DNA of 64,000 nucleotides from Monocercomonoides exilis PA203 (Eukaryota > Protista > Preaxostyla), in assembly GCA_001643675.2 (NCBI GenBank), contig LSRY02000024.1, positions 744,001 through 808,000 of the forward strand. Direction: 5' to 3'. Below, in pieces: positions 12,709 to 24,673 of the stretch. The notes below the pieces were generated by a model. It did no database searches. It saw only the letters and a program-made list of their open reading frames with translations, and had not been told where the DNA came from. The translations under genes were made by a program, and so were the position numbers. Within the stretch, counting starts at the first letter, position 1; the number at the start of each line of letters is the position of its first letter.

Positions 12709-13427
12709 TCTTTCCTCTGCCAATTTATCTGCCTCTCTCTCGCTCTCTCTGAAGAACGGCACGAACTCTGCTTCAATTCCTGGTATCTTCGCTACAGCCA
12801 CCGTTTATTCTCCGGATAATCCGCTGGAATATGCAGAAGTTTCTCCGTATTTTCCGAAGGAGGAACTGGGAGACTATCCAGGTGTCGCTTTCTTCTCCCG
12901 CACACAGCCGTTCAACCCAGTCTGCAGGTGGATCTGCTCAGCACGTGGGGTGACTGGTATGGAAGGGAAGGAAGAAATGGATTTTATGAGGAGCATTTGG
13001 ATGTTTTCTTTCTTTCTTTTTTGTGGTTTAATTATTGATTTCTGTCGGAACATTGGTTGATGGCATTAACTTCATAATCTGTTATTGCTGAATTTTTCAC
13101 AAACAAAATAAAATTATTTTTAACTTTGTCAATTTGTAAAGATTTTCACACATATTATTTCTCATTCGTTCCTCTATTTTTTCTTTTTTATTCTTTTTCT
13201 TTATCTTTTCTTCCTTTCAACTTTTTTTTTACCCTCAGACATCAAATTCAACCCCCTGCGTAGTTATCCAATCTTTGCCATCACAACCGAAGAAGGATAT
13301 CTCATGTCATTCAACTTGAAGCAGAACAGATACAAATACTGCTTCAAATCATACTCTGGTGCTCTTTATTGCTGTGCTTGGTCGTCTGATGGAAGACTTC
13401 TTGCTGTTTGTTTCTCTATCTTTCTTT

Positions 13428-13462
<35 letters not shown>

Positions 13463-14976
13463 CTTACTTACTCATTTATTTATTCCATTAATTTTCATTT
13501 GAATGTTTATTTAATAATTCTATTTGGGCATGATTTTCACAATATAATTAATTAACACTTCAATGTCAATCTTTCTTTCTCCTTCTCTCTTTCTCTTTTT
13601 CCGTTAACTTATTAATTCAATTCAATTCATGAATCCTCCACTGCACAATTGCAATGAAATACAAAAAATAAAAGGCTGGTGGCCAAGACGACTACATCAT
13701 GGTCTTTGCTGAAGCACATAAGAACCCTCGCCCTCTCTGCCGGCTGAAAGGCCACTCGTCGTGGGTGAGGCAGATTGCCTTTGACCCAAACCCGCCTTAT
13801 TCAACCGCAGCATCCTATCGCTCGCCCACAGGGATAGCAAGAGTGTATCAGATGATGACAGGCGGAGAGGATGGGAAGGTGTATCCGTGGGTGTTCAACT
13901 TGAAGAACCTGGATGTGGAGATCACGAGCATCCTGAAGAAGGAGAAGAAGAAAGTGGAAGAGGACAAGCAGAGGCAGCTGGACGAGAAGCTGATGAAGGA
14001 GAAGGAGAAACTGAGGCTGAAGATGGAGATTGAAGCAGACGAGAGGGAAGATGGGCTCAGTCCAGAAGAGAAAGCAGCAGCAGCGTTCAAACGGAGGGAG
14101 CTGCAGAACCTGCTGGAGGAAGAGAGCGAGATGGGGCGGATGAAGCTGAGAGAGAAAGAGCGCAAGAAAAGAGACATTTTGAAGCCAGGAGGCAACATGC
14201 TTGTGCATGAGGCAGAAGACGATGTGGAGAAAGACGAGGCAGATTCGTCGTCTTCTGATTCAAATGCGTCGAGTTCCGATGATGATGATGACTCAGAGAG
14301 CAAGAGCAGCAGCGATGAGAATGAAGAGGACGAGGAGGAGAGAAGGAGGAAAGCAGAAGAAGAAGAGGTGGAGCTGGTAAAAGCGACAGACACGTGGAAG
14401 CCGATTATCACGACGATGACTGGAGGAGATGGGCGGAAGCACAGGCTGAAGATAATTGCGCCTGTGTTTGACGACGAGAGAGGGGGAGGGCCGGCTGGGT
14501 GGGAGCCGACGAAGGCAGAGAAGATGAAGAAGAAGATTCTGGACAAAGATCTGCTGATGCAGCTGCACAGAATAAGGGAGGCGGAGAGAGAGATGGAGAG
14601 GAGGTTTATGGAGGAGCAGCAGAAGTTGGAGAGGGAGACAGAAAGAGACGCAGAAGGAACGAAGTTGGAGCCGAGCAAAACTGGGATTGAAAGCGTTTGT
14701 TAGAATTATTTATTATAGTTTTTTTTCTATTTAAAAAGGAATTTTTATATTAATTTATTCTTTATCTTTTTTTTTTCACTTCTTTCTTTCCTTCTTTTTC
14801 ACGTTCTTTCTCTTATTTTTCTTCTTCTTCTTTTTTCAGACTGTCTTTGAGATGAATGTGCAACCTCAATCACTTTCATTGCCTCCTGCTATTGTCACCA
14901 AGCAGAAGAAGACTCGCTTTTCTGTCTATGGACCTGTTGCGTGGGAGCTGTATCCTGCTCTTGGTTTGTATATAAT

Positions 14977-15016
<40 letters not shown>

Positions 15017-15394
15017 AATTGGATTTTTAATTTGTCTCTTTTCACTTTCTTTTCACTTTCTTTTCACTTTCTTCTTCTTTCTTCTTCTTTCTTCTTCTTT
15101 CTTCTTCTTTCTTCTTTCTTTATTTTCATTCTATTTATTTATTTATTTTTATGTTATATCCTTCAATTAACAATATAAACAACAAAAATTCCTCACAAAA
15201 AATAATGATTCTGACTCGACTTCAACCAAATAACACCAGCACCTGGAAAGCCAATCACGTCTCAGATGCACAATGCCATCACAGGCATCCAATGGGAAAG
15301 GGGGAGACTCGCATTTGTCACCAGCAACAACTGTGTTGTCCTCTATTTTGAGACACACAAGCAGCGGAAGAGAAGAGAAGAGGAAGACTATTGA
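10625..15394 (+). CDS. WD40-repeat protein, WDR20/DMWD/CreC-like (deubiquitinase cofactor family)
   Basis: Spliced model of ~7 exons containing NPVCRW..GVTDIKFNP..EEGYLMSFN..FKSYSGALYCCAWSSDGRLLA/AGGQDDYIMVF..RLKGHSSWVRQIAFDP, the WDR20/CreC motif order. It has large Ser/Pro and Glu/Lys inserts and stops at TGA 15392-15394. Confidence 0.8.
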
Positions 15395-15800
15395 ATTTGC
15401 GTTGTTAGTTGCACTTTATTTATTTATTGATTTGTTTTTAATAAAAAGGAAATGTGAGTTCTTTCTTTTTTTTTCTATTACTGTTTTCATGAATTTCTCA
15501 CTTTTTTTGTTTGTTTTTGCAATGTTTTTTATGAAGATTATATAATATCATTCACTTCATTTGTGTAACATTTCTATTCCAGCATCACAAAGTTCTTTGG
15601 CTTTTATTTTTATTAAAAAAAAACAAGTGATGTTAAAGAAAAAGGAGAAAACATACAGATCTATCGCAAACTAATAAACAAAAACTCTTTGTATCTCGAA
15701 ATTAAAAATGAAAAAAAAAGTTGAATGAATATTCTATTGAAAGGAAGAAAAGTTCAAAACTAATTTTTCAATTTGTTTTCCTCATCAATCCAATTTTCCT

Positions 15801-18656
15801 TCACTCCACCTTTATCTTCTCCAGCAGTGCTATTCCATCAGAAGGAAGTGCATACCATCTGATGCTGTCAAACTGCGAAGGATACTGCGGCTGGACACGC
15901 TCTCCACACTCTTTCGAAAGATATGGCAGCAAATGCTCAACAATCGTAACAGCCAAGTCATTAGCCTCTTGCAAATATTGCCATTGTGAAAGTTTATGAG
16001 GCTTCTTGTCTGAAGTGATGGCTTGAGATTCAATTTTTGATTCAGAGTTGTCTTTAACATTCTCATCGGAATTGTTTGAGAGTGCTGGTTGTACCATCCA
16101 CGGCAACATCTCAAGCTCCTCGCCTGTTTGTGTTGCATCACTCAATGTTGAATCCATCGCAATGTTGAAAGAAATATGCGGGAAAGATGACTTCGGTGCA
16201 TTTGAAGGAGTCGAAGAAGACGATGATAAAGAAATTTGATCCAATGATTGTGATTGAGTTTCGTTATCTTCATCAGACTTTGAGAACAGCCAGCCATCTG
16301 CATCAAACAGTGAGTGAAGCCACGTGACTTTGCTGTCGCTTCTGAGTGACACTCCACAGCCTCTTCCTTCCACATCATCTTTTTCCTCTTCGCTCTTCTT
16401 TATTTGCCAGAGCAGCCCACGGTGCAGAAGGCGATGGCAGAGCAATGGGTGATCCGCAGCCAGCAGAGGAACTGCCTTGAAAAAGCGGAGAACATCGTTT
16501 TGCCTCATTTGATGTGTTGCTTGGCTGTTATCTGGCAAGCAGGACAAATAGAGTGCTTTGCACACATCCTTGTTGCCCATGCGCAGTCCGATGCAGCGCC
16601 ACCAAGAGCTCCTGTTCATCATCGAATACAGACAAAGCATAACAGCCCCATACTTCGCCACCCACGCAATGCACGAGAGAACATAGTCAACCTCTTCGTC
16701 AGTCATCAGATAGTGGAGCGAGACTCTTGTCAACCCAGGCTGCACATCCATCCTCTTCCCTTCCCATTCTCCCCATTCTTCTCTTTTCAAAGGGCACCTT
16801 CTTTCTTTCTTCTCCTCCCAAAGTGCATCCCAGGAAGCAGATATCTCGTCCAGCGGTGCGCCTTCGCAGCAGAGCTGGAGGAAGCGCGAGTGTTTTGTGT
16901 CGATGTGGAGCAGCCGGTGGATAAGGTTTCCTGAGCAGAGGCAGCCCGACCGCACTTGGATGCCAAAGAGGTCCGACAGAAGAGCGCACACAAAATTTGG
17001 GTGAAGGAACTGAGGGGTGTGGTGTGATGCTGTCTGGGAATCGAACATGCTGAAGTTTGCAGGGTCGATCCGCTGGGGAAAGAAATCAGAGTGAAGTGGT
17101 TGATGAGATGATTGTGAAGTGAATGAAAGTGAAGACGGCATTCGAATAAGAAATGAAAAAATGGGGATGTGCCATGCTGGAATGTCTGCTTCAGATGCAT
17201 TGTGTTCATTTTGATGATAGCCTTCATCATCATCTTCTTCATCACCATCACCATCACCATCAATTGTTGCATCTTTCATCCCTTCTTTGGACGCCTCCTC
17301 TTTCTTTTCCTTCGCAAACGGGCCTGTGAAGAGCACAACGCCGTCTTCTGTGCCGAGTGTTTCCTTCACTTTGTTGCATATTTCAAGCTCTCTCTTCCGA
17401 ATCCATTCAACTCCAACACTCTCCTTCAAAGCCAGCGCCATCGCGCCGCGCACAATCGAAATCGCTGAGGCTGTTCCTGGTTCTTCTCTGGTCTCCAGCG
17501 AAGACTCAAACGATGGAAACAGAGAAGAAGACGAAAAATACACTGTCCCTCCTCCAGGCGCAGACGGAGGCTGGGTGTGTGGAACTGGAAAAGAGGAAGA
17601 ATGCAAAGAAGAAGAAGAACAAGATGAACATGACGAAGAAGAAGAAAGCAATGATGATGATGATGAAACAGCTGAAGATGGTGAAGATGGTGAAGACCAA
17701 ATTGATGCGAGCGATGTTTGATGAGGCGAGTAGCTTGTAATTCGACGATGAAATGCAAGCACCCCAGGAGACTGCATTCCCGCACCCACAAACTTGTGCA
17801 TCGAGAAAAAGACACCGTCCGGAAACGCAAAATTACGAAACTTTTTCCGATCCATTGGAATGTAGCCTTTGCTATTATCTGAAGGGCAATCCGACGTTTC
17901 ATTGAAAGAATAAGTTGAGAAGTCTGCTCTGCTAACTCCTCGATGAGAAAAAGATCTTAGATTTGATGCACCAAGGTCTATGTTTTCGTACGGGGCTGAA
18001 GTAGCGAAGTCAAAAAAAGCCAATCCATCAAATTGATGCATGAGTAAGCACAAATCGCTTACGTTATCTGAAATTCCTGTTATATTGGACGTCGCTGTAA
18101 AAAAACCAAATTTAAATGGAGATTTTTCATGTTCAATTAGTCTTTGATGGAGAAAATGCCGATCAGTTTTGCCACTGTCATCAAGTGGAATAAAAACAAT
18201 TTCGCAGTTAATGTAAAAAAATGGAAGTGTTGTTGAATGGTGTCCAATCACAGATATAAAGATAACGGGCTTTATTTTTGTAAAAAGATATATTTTTTCA
18301 ATTTCGATAATGTCAATCAATTTTCGCATACATTCTGTTGCACCTGATCCACAAAAAATAATTGCATGATCGGTTTCTGTCGCTTTCAGGCTCTGACGAA
18401 AATAACTTCGACTTTGTTCAACCAGATGAGTCGTTTGCAAACTTGTCCAAGAACATGTACTATGAGGATTTCCACATATTGGAAGGATTTTTTGTGCAAT
18501 TGCAGATTCAATAAATGTCATACTCCTTGCAGTAGCAGTCCAATCACAATATGAAATCTTTCGATCACCAAAAGGAAGATCTACGCCAGTGCAAGCGTTT
18601 CTACCAATAATATTACATTGCAAATAATCTATCAGTTTTTCATGAGGTCCGTTCAT
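15801..18656 (-). CDS. Aminotransferase class V PLP enzyme, cysteine-desulfurase-like
   Basis: Intronless ORF, first ATG 18656. Motifs YCDWTATAR, GNPHS, IFCGSGAT, HHSTTLP, SNITG, DFATSAPY, SMHKF (PLP lysine), PGGGTV, EEPGT, FGIQVRSGCLCSG (catalytic-Cys loop) and PGLTRVSLHY. Confidence 0.88.
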   Translation of the reverse strand: MNGPHEKLIDYLQCNIIGRNACTGVDLPFGDRKISYCDWTATARSMTFIESAIAQKILPICGNPHSTCSWTSLQTTHLVEQSRSYFRQSLKATETDHAIIFCGSGATECMRKLIDIIEIEKIYLFTKIKPVIFISVIGHHSTTLPFFYINCEIVFIPLDDSGKTDRHFLHQRLIEHEKSPFKFGFFTATSNITGISDNVSDLCLLMHQFDGLAFFDFATSAPYENIDLGASNLRSFSHRGVSRADFSTYSFNETSDCPSDNSKGYIPMDRKKFRNFAFPDGVFFSMHKFVGAGMQSPGVLAFHRRITSYSPHQTSLASIWSSPSSPSSAVSSSSSLLSSSSSCSSCSSSSLHSSSFPVPHTQPPSAPGGGTVYFSSSSLFPSFESSLETREEPGTASAISIVRGAMALALKESVGVEWIRKRELEICNKVKETLGTEDGVVLFTGPFAKEKKEEASKEGMKDATIDGDGDGDEEDDDEGYHQNEHNASEADIPAWHIPIFSFLIRMPSSLSFTSQSSHQPLHSDFFPQRIDPANFSMFDSQTASHHTPQFLHPNFVCALLSDLFGIQVRSGCLCSGNLIHRLLHIDTKHSRFLQLCCEGAPLDEISASWDALWEEKKERRCPLKREEWGEWEGKRMDVQPGLTRVSLHYLMTDEEVDYVLSCIAWVAKYGAVMLCLYSMMNRSSWWRCIGLRMGNKDVCKALYLSCLPDNSQATHQMRQNDVLRFFKAVPLLAADHPLLCHRLLHRGLLWQIKKSEEEKDDVEGRGCGVSLRSDSKVTWLHSLFDADGWLFSKSDEDNETQSQSLDQISLSSSSSTPSNAPKSSFPHISFNIAMDSTLSDATQTGEELEMLPWMVQPALSNNSDENVKDNSESKIESQAITSDKKPHKLSQWQYLQEANDLAVTIVEHLLPYLSKECGERVQPQYPSQFDSIRWYALPSDGIALLEKIKVE

Positions 18657-18801
18657 ATATCTGACTAATTTAAAAGAATTGAATATTTTATTTTGGGTTA
18701 TGGACAATTATGTAATTAAGGTTTGAAAATATATTATATAAAAGCGCAAATCTCTTTTCTGAAAATCAATTGATTTTATCATTAAAACCTTATTATAAAA
18801 C

Positions 18802-19119
18802 ATGTCTGGACGTGGAAAAGGTGGAAAAGGAGGAAAAGGTATCGGAAAAACCGGAGCAAAGGGATATCGCAAGCTTCGTGATAACATCCAAGGAATTACA
18901 AAACCAGCAATCCGCCGTCTTGCACGCAGAGGAGGCGTGAAAAGAATCTCAAACCTTATCTATGATGAAACAAGGATCATCTTAAAAATGTTCCTTGAAG
19001 GAATCATTCGTGATGCTGTGACATACACAGAACATGCCAGAAGGAAGACAGTTACCGCCATGGATATTGTCTACTCACTTAAACGCCAAGGAAGAACACT
19101 TTATGGCTTTGGCGCATAA
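18802..19119 (+). CDS. H4: Histone H4 with a divergent N-terminal tail
   Basis: Contains [25 protein letters not shown]...[29 protein letters not shown]. Confidence 0.99.
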   Translation: MSGRGKGGKGGKGIGKTGAKGYRKLRDNIQGITKPAIRRLARRGGVKRISNLIYDETRIILKMFLEGIIRDAVTYTEHARRKTVTAMDIVYSLKRQGRTLYGFGA

Positions 19120-19392
19120 ATGATGATTTTTGTTTTTTTAAAATTTTTTCTATTTTGTGTTTTTTTAACACAGTATTATTTCATGTAGTTTAATTAATAA
19201 TAAATTAATATCATAAATATATTGGGCATTTTTTATTATGATTTCATTGTTAATGAATAGAGGAAAAAGTGTTATTATTTGCAAAGGAAAAAAGAGTATT
19301 TTATGGAATCAAATTTAAACCAAACAATCGTTAAATGATCTTTTCCAACATTAAAGTGTCATTTCTTTATTTTTTTCTAAAAAGCTTTTTTC

Positions 19393-21122
19393 ATGGCGAG
19401 GAAGAAAATAAAGAATGATAAAAAATATTCTAAAAATGATTGGAAAACTTCCAAGAGAAAAAGAGGAAAAAAGGAGCACAACAAAATATCTATAAGCGCA
19501 GTCTGATATTGTTTTCAATCTTGATTCAATTAAGTATTTGTTTTGTGCACTTTACATCAAAATTTAAGGACATTGAAACATTAGAAAAAGAGCTAAGCCC
19601 ATTAGGATTTTATATTCGCGACGTTGTGATGGACGGAAATTGTTTTTTTCGGTTTATTTTCTCATGTTTAGTTGAAATATCAAACTTTAACGGAATGATT
19701 AAATGTCAGTGCATGTTCTGATCAGCTCTTTGGAACAGAGGTTAAACATTTACAGCTTCGCAAACGTGTTGTAGCTTATATAAAATTTAATGAAGAAGAT
19801 TTTTCTCCTTTCCTCGATGAAGAAGATCCATTTGATACATATATTAAGGATATGTCAGAAGATGGAACTTGGGCAGATAATTTAACTATTCAAGCTCTTT
19901 CGCTTTGCATGGGTGTTAATCTTTCGATATTTCAACCAAGCAAACCACGCTGGGAAGTTCTGAATGGATTTCCTTCGAACTTAAGAATTGGATATGTTGG
20001 AGAATCTCATTATGTGTCAATAAGATACAAAACTGAAAAATCACCTGAGCAGGGAATTGAACATTTCACAATGTCTTTGGAAGATATGAAAAAAGCTAAA
20101 GAGAAGAGCAATGCCGTTGAGCAGGAGGATTCGGAAGAATCGATAGAGCATCTCTCAAAGCGAAAAAGAGACAAAATAAAACGAGAGAAAGAAAAAGCAG
20201 CAAAGGAGTGTTCTCCTCAGCAAGGCAAGAAATCAAAGTGGGCAGATTCTGTTAGCTTTTTAAAAAGAACAGCAAAAATTGATGATGAAGATTTAATAGA
20301 AAGCACTTTGTCAATGTGTTCTGGCGATGTTGGAACAGCTTTATCAATTTTGATTGAAACAAAAAAAACAAAGGAATCTGGGGCTTCATCGTCCACAACG
20401 CCATCTTCGGCAGATCCACCATTTTTTGATGCAAGTGAAAGTTCTCTTCTTGTTGACGATACCGATGTTGAAGCAGCAATTGCAGCTTCTTTATCTTTAC
20501 TCGATATTTCTTCTTCTTCTTCGTCTTCATCGTCATCGTCATCATCATCATCATCATCATCTTCTTCTTCTTCTTCTTCTTCTTCTTCTTCTTCTTCTTC
20601 TTCCAATTCAACTCAGCCTTCTTTTTTTGCTTCTGATGGAAATAATTCAGAGAATAACAATTCTTTTCCAAACGCTAAATCAGATGTCGATTCGCTTGAT
20701 GAAGGATTTTCTTCGGAAAGCGATTCCTCAGAAGAAAAAAGTAAAAGTCAAAAAAAACGAGGAAGAAAAGTGAAGTTTACAAGAGTAGATAAAAAAAGAA
20801 TGAAAAAAGAAAGAGCAATGGAAAGAAAACAAAAGGAGCTTGCAGCCAGAAGAGCTGAAGAAGAGCAATCGAAGGTTTGAACTATTTTAGTTGGTTTCAT
20901 TCGAATATTTTTTTCCTCCTTTCACAATAGAGAAGTAAAGGCAATAAAAACCAAAAGAAAAACAAGAAGCCACCTGAGAATACAAATTACCCTTCTTCGT
21001 CTTCTTCTGCCTCTTCTTCTGCCTCTTCTTCTGCCTCTTCTTCTGCCTCTTCTTCTGTGACGGATGATGAGCAACCTCTTCCTCCAGTTCTTATACCGCA
21101 CACAACTGCATTGGCTATTTGA
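19393..21122 (+). CDS. OTU-domain deubiquitinase (OTUD3-like) with CUE/UBA-like and UIM-like segments
   Basis: Four exons. Catalytic DGNCFFR/ACSDQL, GTWADNLTIQALS and ESHYVSIR; then EDLIESTLSMCSGDVGTALSILI (CUE/UBA-like), DVEAAIAASL (UIM-like) and poly-Ser. Stop TGA 21120-21122. Confidence 0.9.
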
Positions 21123-22352
21123 TTTTAAAAATTAATGTTGTTGATTTTCTTCAACTTTTAGTGGGTTTTATGGTATTGTTTGTTTTTTGACACTTGTGCT
21201 TGTTTATTGAAAACAAGTATTTTATCTTTTCTTTCGCATTTCACGCAATATTAATGCACTTGTTTTTTAAATGAAAATATTATTGGTAATAGTCGATTTT
21301 TATAATGTTCGAATCTTTTAATATTTTCGACAGAGTGCTTTGTGGTGCCATATGTGCAAAAACTGGAAATACATTTGTTTATTGTTTTTAAAAAAACCCT
21401 TCACATGTTTTTTATTTTTTTTGCTTTGAATCAACAAATAATTAACTTCTTTATTCAGCACTTTTCAAAATTCTCTTTCTTCAGCTTTCTTTTTAAAAAA
21501 ATAGTTTTTATGTACCTCATTTGAAAAATAGAATAAAATTCCTATGAAAAATGTTTTAGTCAAAAAAAAAGTTATTGATGGGGAAAAAAAAGTTGAGAAA
21601 TTTCAGACAAAAGTGAAAAATAATAATCGATACGTCACTCACATTTCCTCTTTCCAACTTACGACATATTTCATATCCATTTATTAGAAACAATTTATAA
21701 AAATACTGAAAGAATGAATTTGTCCACATTCTAATAGATTACTTTTCACAAACATGTTTGTTTTTCAAATGAACTCAATCGAATTTAAATGTTTTTGGTA
21801 TATTGCAATAAGCACGAACTATTCGAATAAATATGAGTTCATTTTAAAAAACTGAGTTTGTTTAATAAGAAAAATCTATTCATAACTCATCAATTCATAT
21901 ACAATTGTCAATTTGGTGAAATAGCAAAAATTCTAAAAAAATTAAATGCTTTAATGAAAAAAATATTCAAAAATAATAAAAAATTAAGTGCATAAACATT
22001 GACAAAACTCAAAACTCCAAAAACAAAAAGATCATTGAATTATCATCAAATCTTTGATCACAAAAATTGAACAAAACATTCAAGATCTTTTATTGAAAAA
22101 AAAATTAAACTAAAACTAAATCAAGTTTAAATTAAAGTTAAAAAGAAAAAAAATTAAAAAAATAAAAATATGAAAAATAAAAAGGTACTTTCAGAAACAA
22201 TATATTTTTCAATTTACAGAGATTTCAACATTTTTTAATTAAAAAAAATGCTTTTATCACTTTAAAATTATGTTCCCGATTAACAAAATGGTTACCTATA
22301 AATAACCAACTCAATTAAATTTGTGCATCAAGATGAAATACATATCATTTTC

Positions 22353-23846
22353 TCAAAATTCCATAAAATGATCCACGATACCTGCATAAACAAAATAACA
22401 AAAATACTTGTTTCTCGAATAAACTAATGGTTTGCAAAGACTCGTGTTAATATCTTCATATCCCTCCTCTTCCAACTTTTCAACCATCTTCTGTTTTGTT
22501 GCTTTTCTTTCTGCGTCATCAGTTTCATTTTCCTCATTTCCTTCCAAAGAAATTGAAATTTCCTTCAAGAATTTAAAAAACATATATGAAATAATGTCAT
22601 CCAATGTTGATCGCTGAAGTTCCTCCATAAAGAAATCAATGGCTCCACCTTTCAGCAAATCATTGACAACTGGTAAAACCGGCTGATGTTTCATCATATC
22701 AAAGAAGGTGCTACAACATTCCCTGACAAATATTTTATGTGTATCTATTGTAGCTCTGCACAGGCTAGTCATGCAAGAAATCAATTCGATAAACTTTTCG
22801 ACTCGAAATTTGCAAGAATAAAAGAAATAGTGAATCATACATAGCCATCTTTCAACAATCACAATATCGTTTATTTTCATTCTTTTCATTTCTTCGTCTT
22901 TTTCATTATTCTTCCAATCAATAGATCCTGCAAGCTTTTTCACTTCGCTCGCTGCTTCTCTCACAAAATGCAGATCATTTATTATGACTGTTTCCAATTT
23001 GCTATTGAAAAATAATCTGCGCATCAAAAACATCCAAGCAAAATTATAGGCAAAATGAGTGAGGTTGCGATGCTCTTGATGATATTTGATAATCTCTTTG
23101 ATTTCATTCAAATATATTTCTTGCTTGATTGTCTGGAAATACATATATGTGCACAAAAAAAGAAAAAGAAAAAAGAAAGGAAAGAAAAGAAAAGAAAAGA
23201 AAAGAAAATACAATAACATCAAAAAGAAATCCGTAAACAGTCATACGACATATTCGCTAATGCAACTCAAAGAAAACAAAGCTATTTCCGCTTCTTTCTG
23301 AGTTTCTTCGTTTTCATCCTTTTTCAAGGAAACTTTAAGAATAAAATGCATACACATTGGAGCCATTTCAAATGAAGTGTGGACATGATTCAGTAAAAGA
23401 TAACATTCGCAGAGATCAACAAGAAGTCTTTCGTTCTTTTCTTCTTTCTTCTTCTCTTCATCAAAAATCATCTCTTGAATTCGATCGTGAAGCAAAGAAT
23501 TGCTAAAACTTTCGTTCTCATTTTCCTTCTTTATTTTGCAATAGCCAATGCGCTTCATCAACAAAACTGCATTTCCCATTGATAATTTCTTTTCTTCAAT
23601 CATTTTCAGTATATCATCGAACAGCTTTGTAGTAAAAGAAGACAGATATTCATTTTCATCTAATTTATTCACTAATTCATTTATTTCTTCAATTTTTTCT
23701 TTCTCTTCTTCTTCATTACAATGTTCAAGTTCAGAAAACAACTCTTCAAATAAATAAAATAAAAAATAAAATCTCAACAATCAAGGATTCAAATGCAACA
23801 ATTAGCACATACCATTGAACTTTTTTGTGTTGTAAGTCTCCTGCAA
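22353..23846 (-). CDS. Lineage-specific helical-repeat (ARM-like) family protein, copy 1; start codon appears to be TTG, so possibly a pseudogene
   Basis: Three exons paralogous to 24674-26096 (FSELEHCNEEE..KIEEIN, ERLLVDLCECYLLL, KEAEIALFSLS, EIKEIIKYHQEHRNLT, KLEEEGYED). TTG at 23846-23844 aligns with the paralogue's ATG. Confidence 0.7.
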
Positions 23847-23904
23847 TTTTTCAAAAACACATTGCGAACAAAAAACAATGGAATTTGAACATTTACATTG
23901 AAAT

Positions 23905-24063
23905 CGCAAAAGTTTGGAAAGCAGAAACAGATAAAAAATAAAACCTCAAAAAAGTCATTAAAATTATATGCATTCATACTGTGTCTTTTTGCACTTGCAT
24001 TTTTGGAAAAGGATAATGAAGAAAAGCAAAGCTTTATCTTTTTCCGATTGTTATAATGGATTT
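23905..24063. repeat. ~160-bp upstream block duplicated almost identically at ~26151-26309
   Basis: CGCAAAAGTTTGGAAAGCAGAAACAG...CCGATTG(T/C)TATAATGGATTT lies 5' of both paralogues, with about 2 mismatches by eye. Confidence 0.9.
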
Positions 24064-24673
24064 CACGAGCAAAATGTATTATTCAGTTTTTTTTTTGTTG
24101 AAAAAATAGGACGAAATTTTTCACATCATGAATTTTGTTCCGCACAATGCTTTCAAATATTTTTCTCAAGTTTAAAAATATTCAATATTTTTTTGCATGG
24201 GAATGCAAAACTTATAATGACAAGATGGGAGAAATTTTAAGGAACAAATCGTTATTTTTTCATAAAAGCAAGAATATAGCACCAATTCGAATTAATGCAC
24301 AAAAACGGAAAATCATTTAAACTTCACGAGTTTCCTTTTTTTATTATTTAAAAAATGAATGATACCTTATTTGAACGAAACATATGAGTGAAAATTACTT
24401 TTCGAACAAAAAAGAGAAAAGTCCGATAATTTAAAAAAATCAAAAAACAATAATTTTCTTTTGAATGATTGATATGTAATTTATGGTTTGTCATAATAAA
24501 CTACCAAAAAAGGAGAGAAAAGATATTTCAATTTGATATAACGATTTTTTAGGGCGTTGAACAAACTAATGAATTGCAAATTTTTAAATAACTGCTTTCA
24601 GTTTTGTGAAATGATGAAAAAATAAAAATGAAATATTAAATTTGGGTTACAGAATGAAATGTATTTCATTTTC

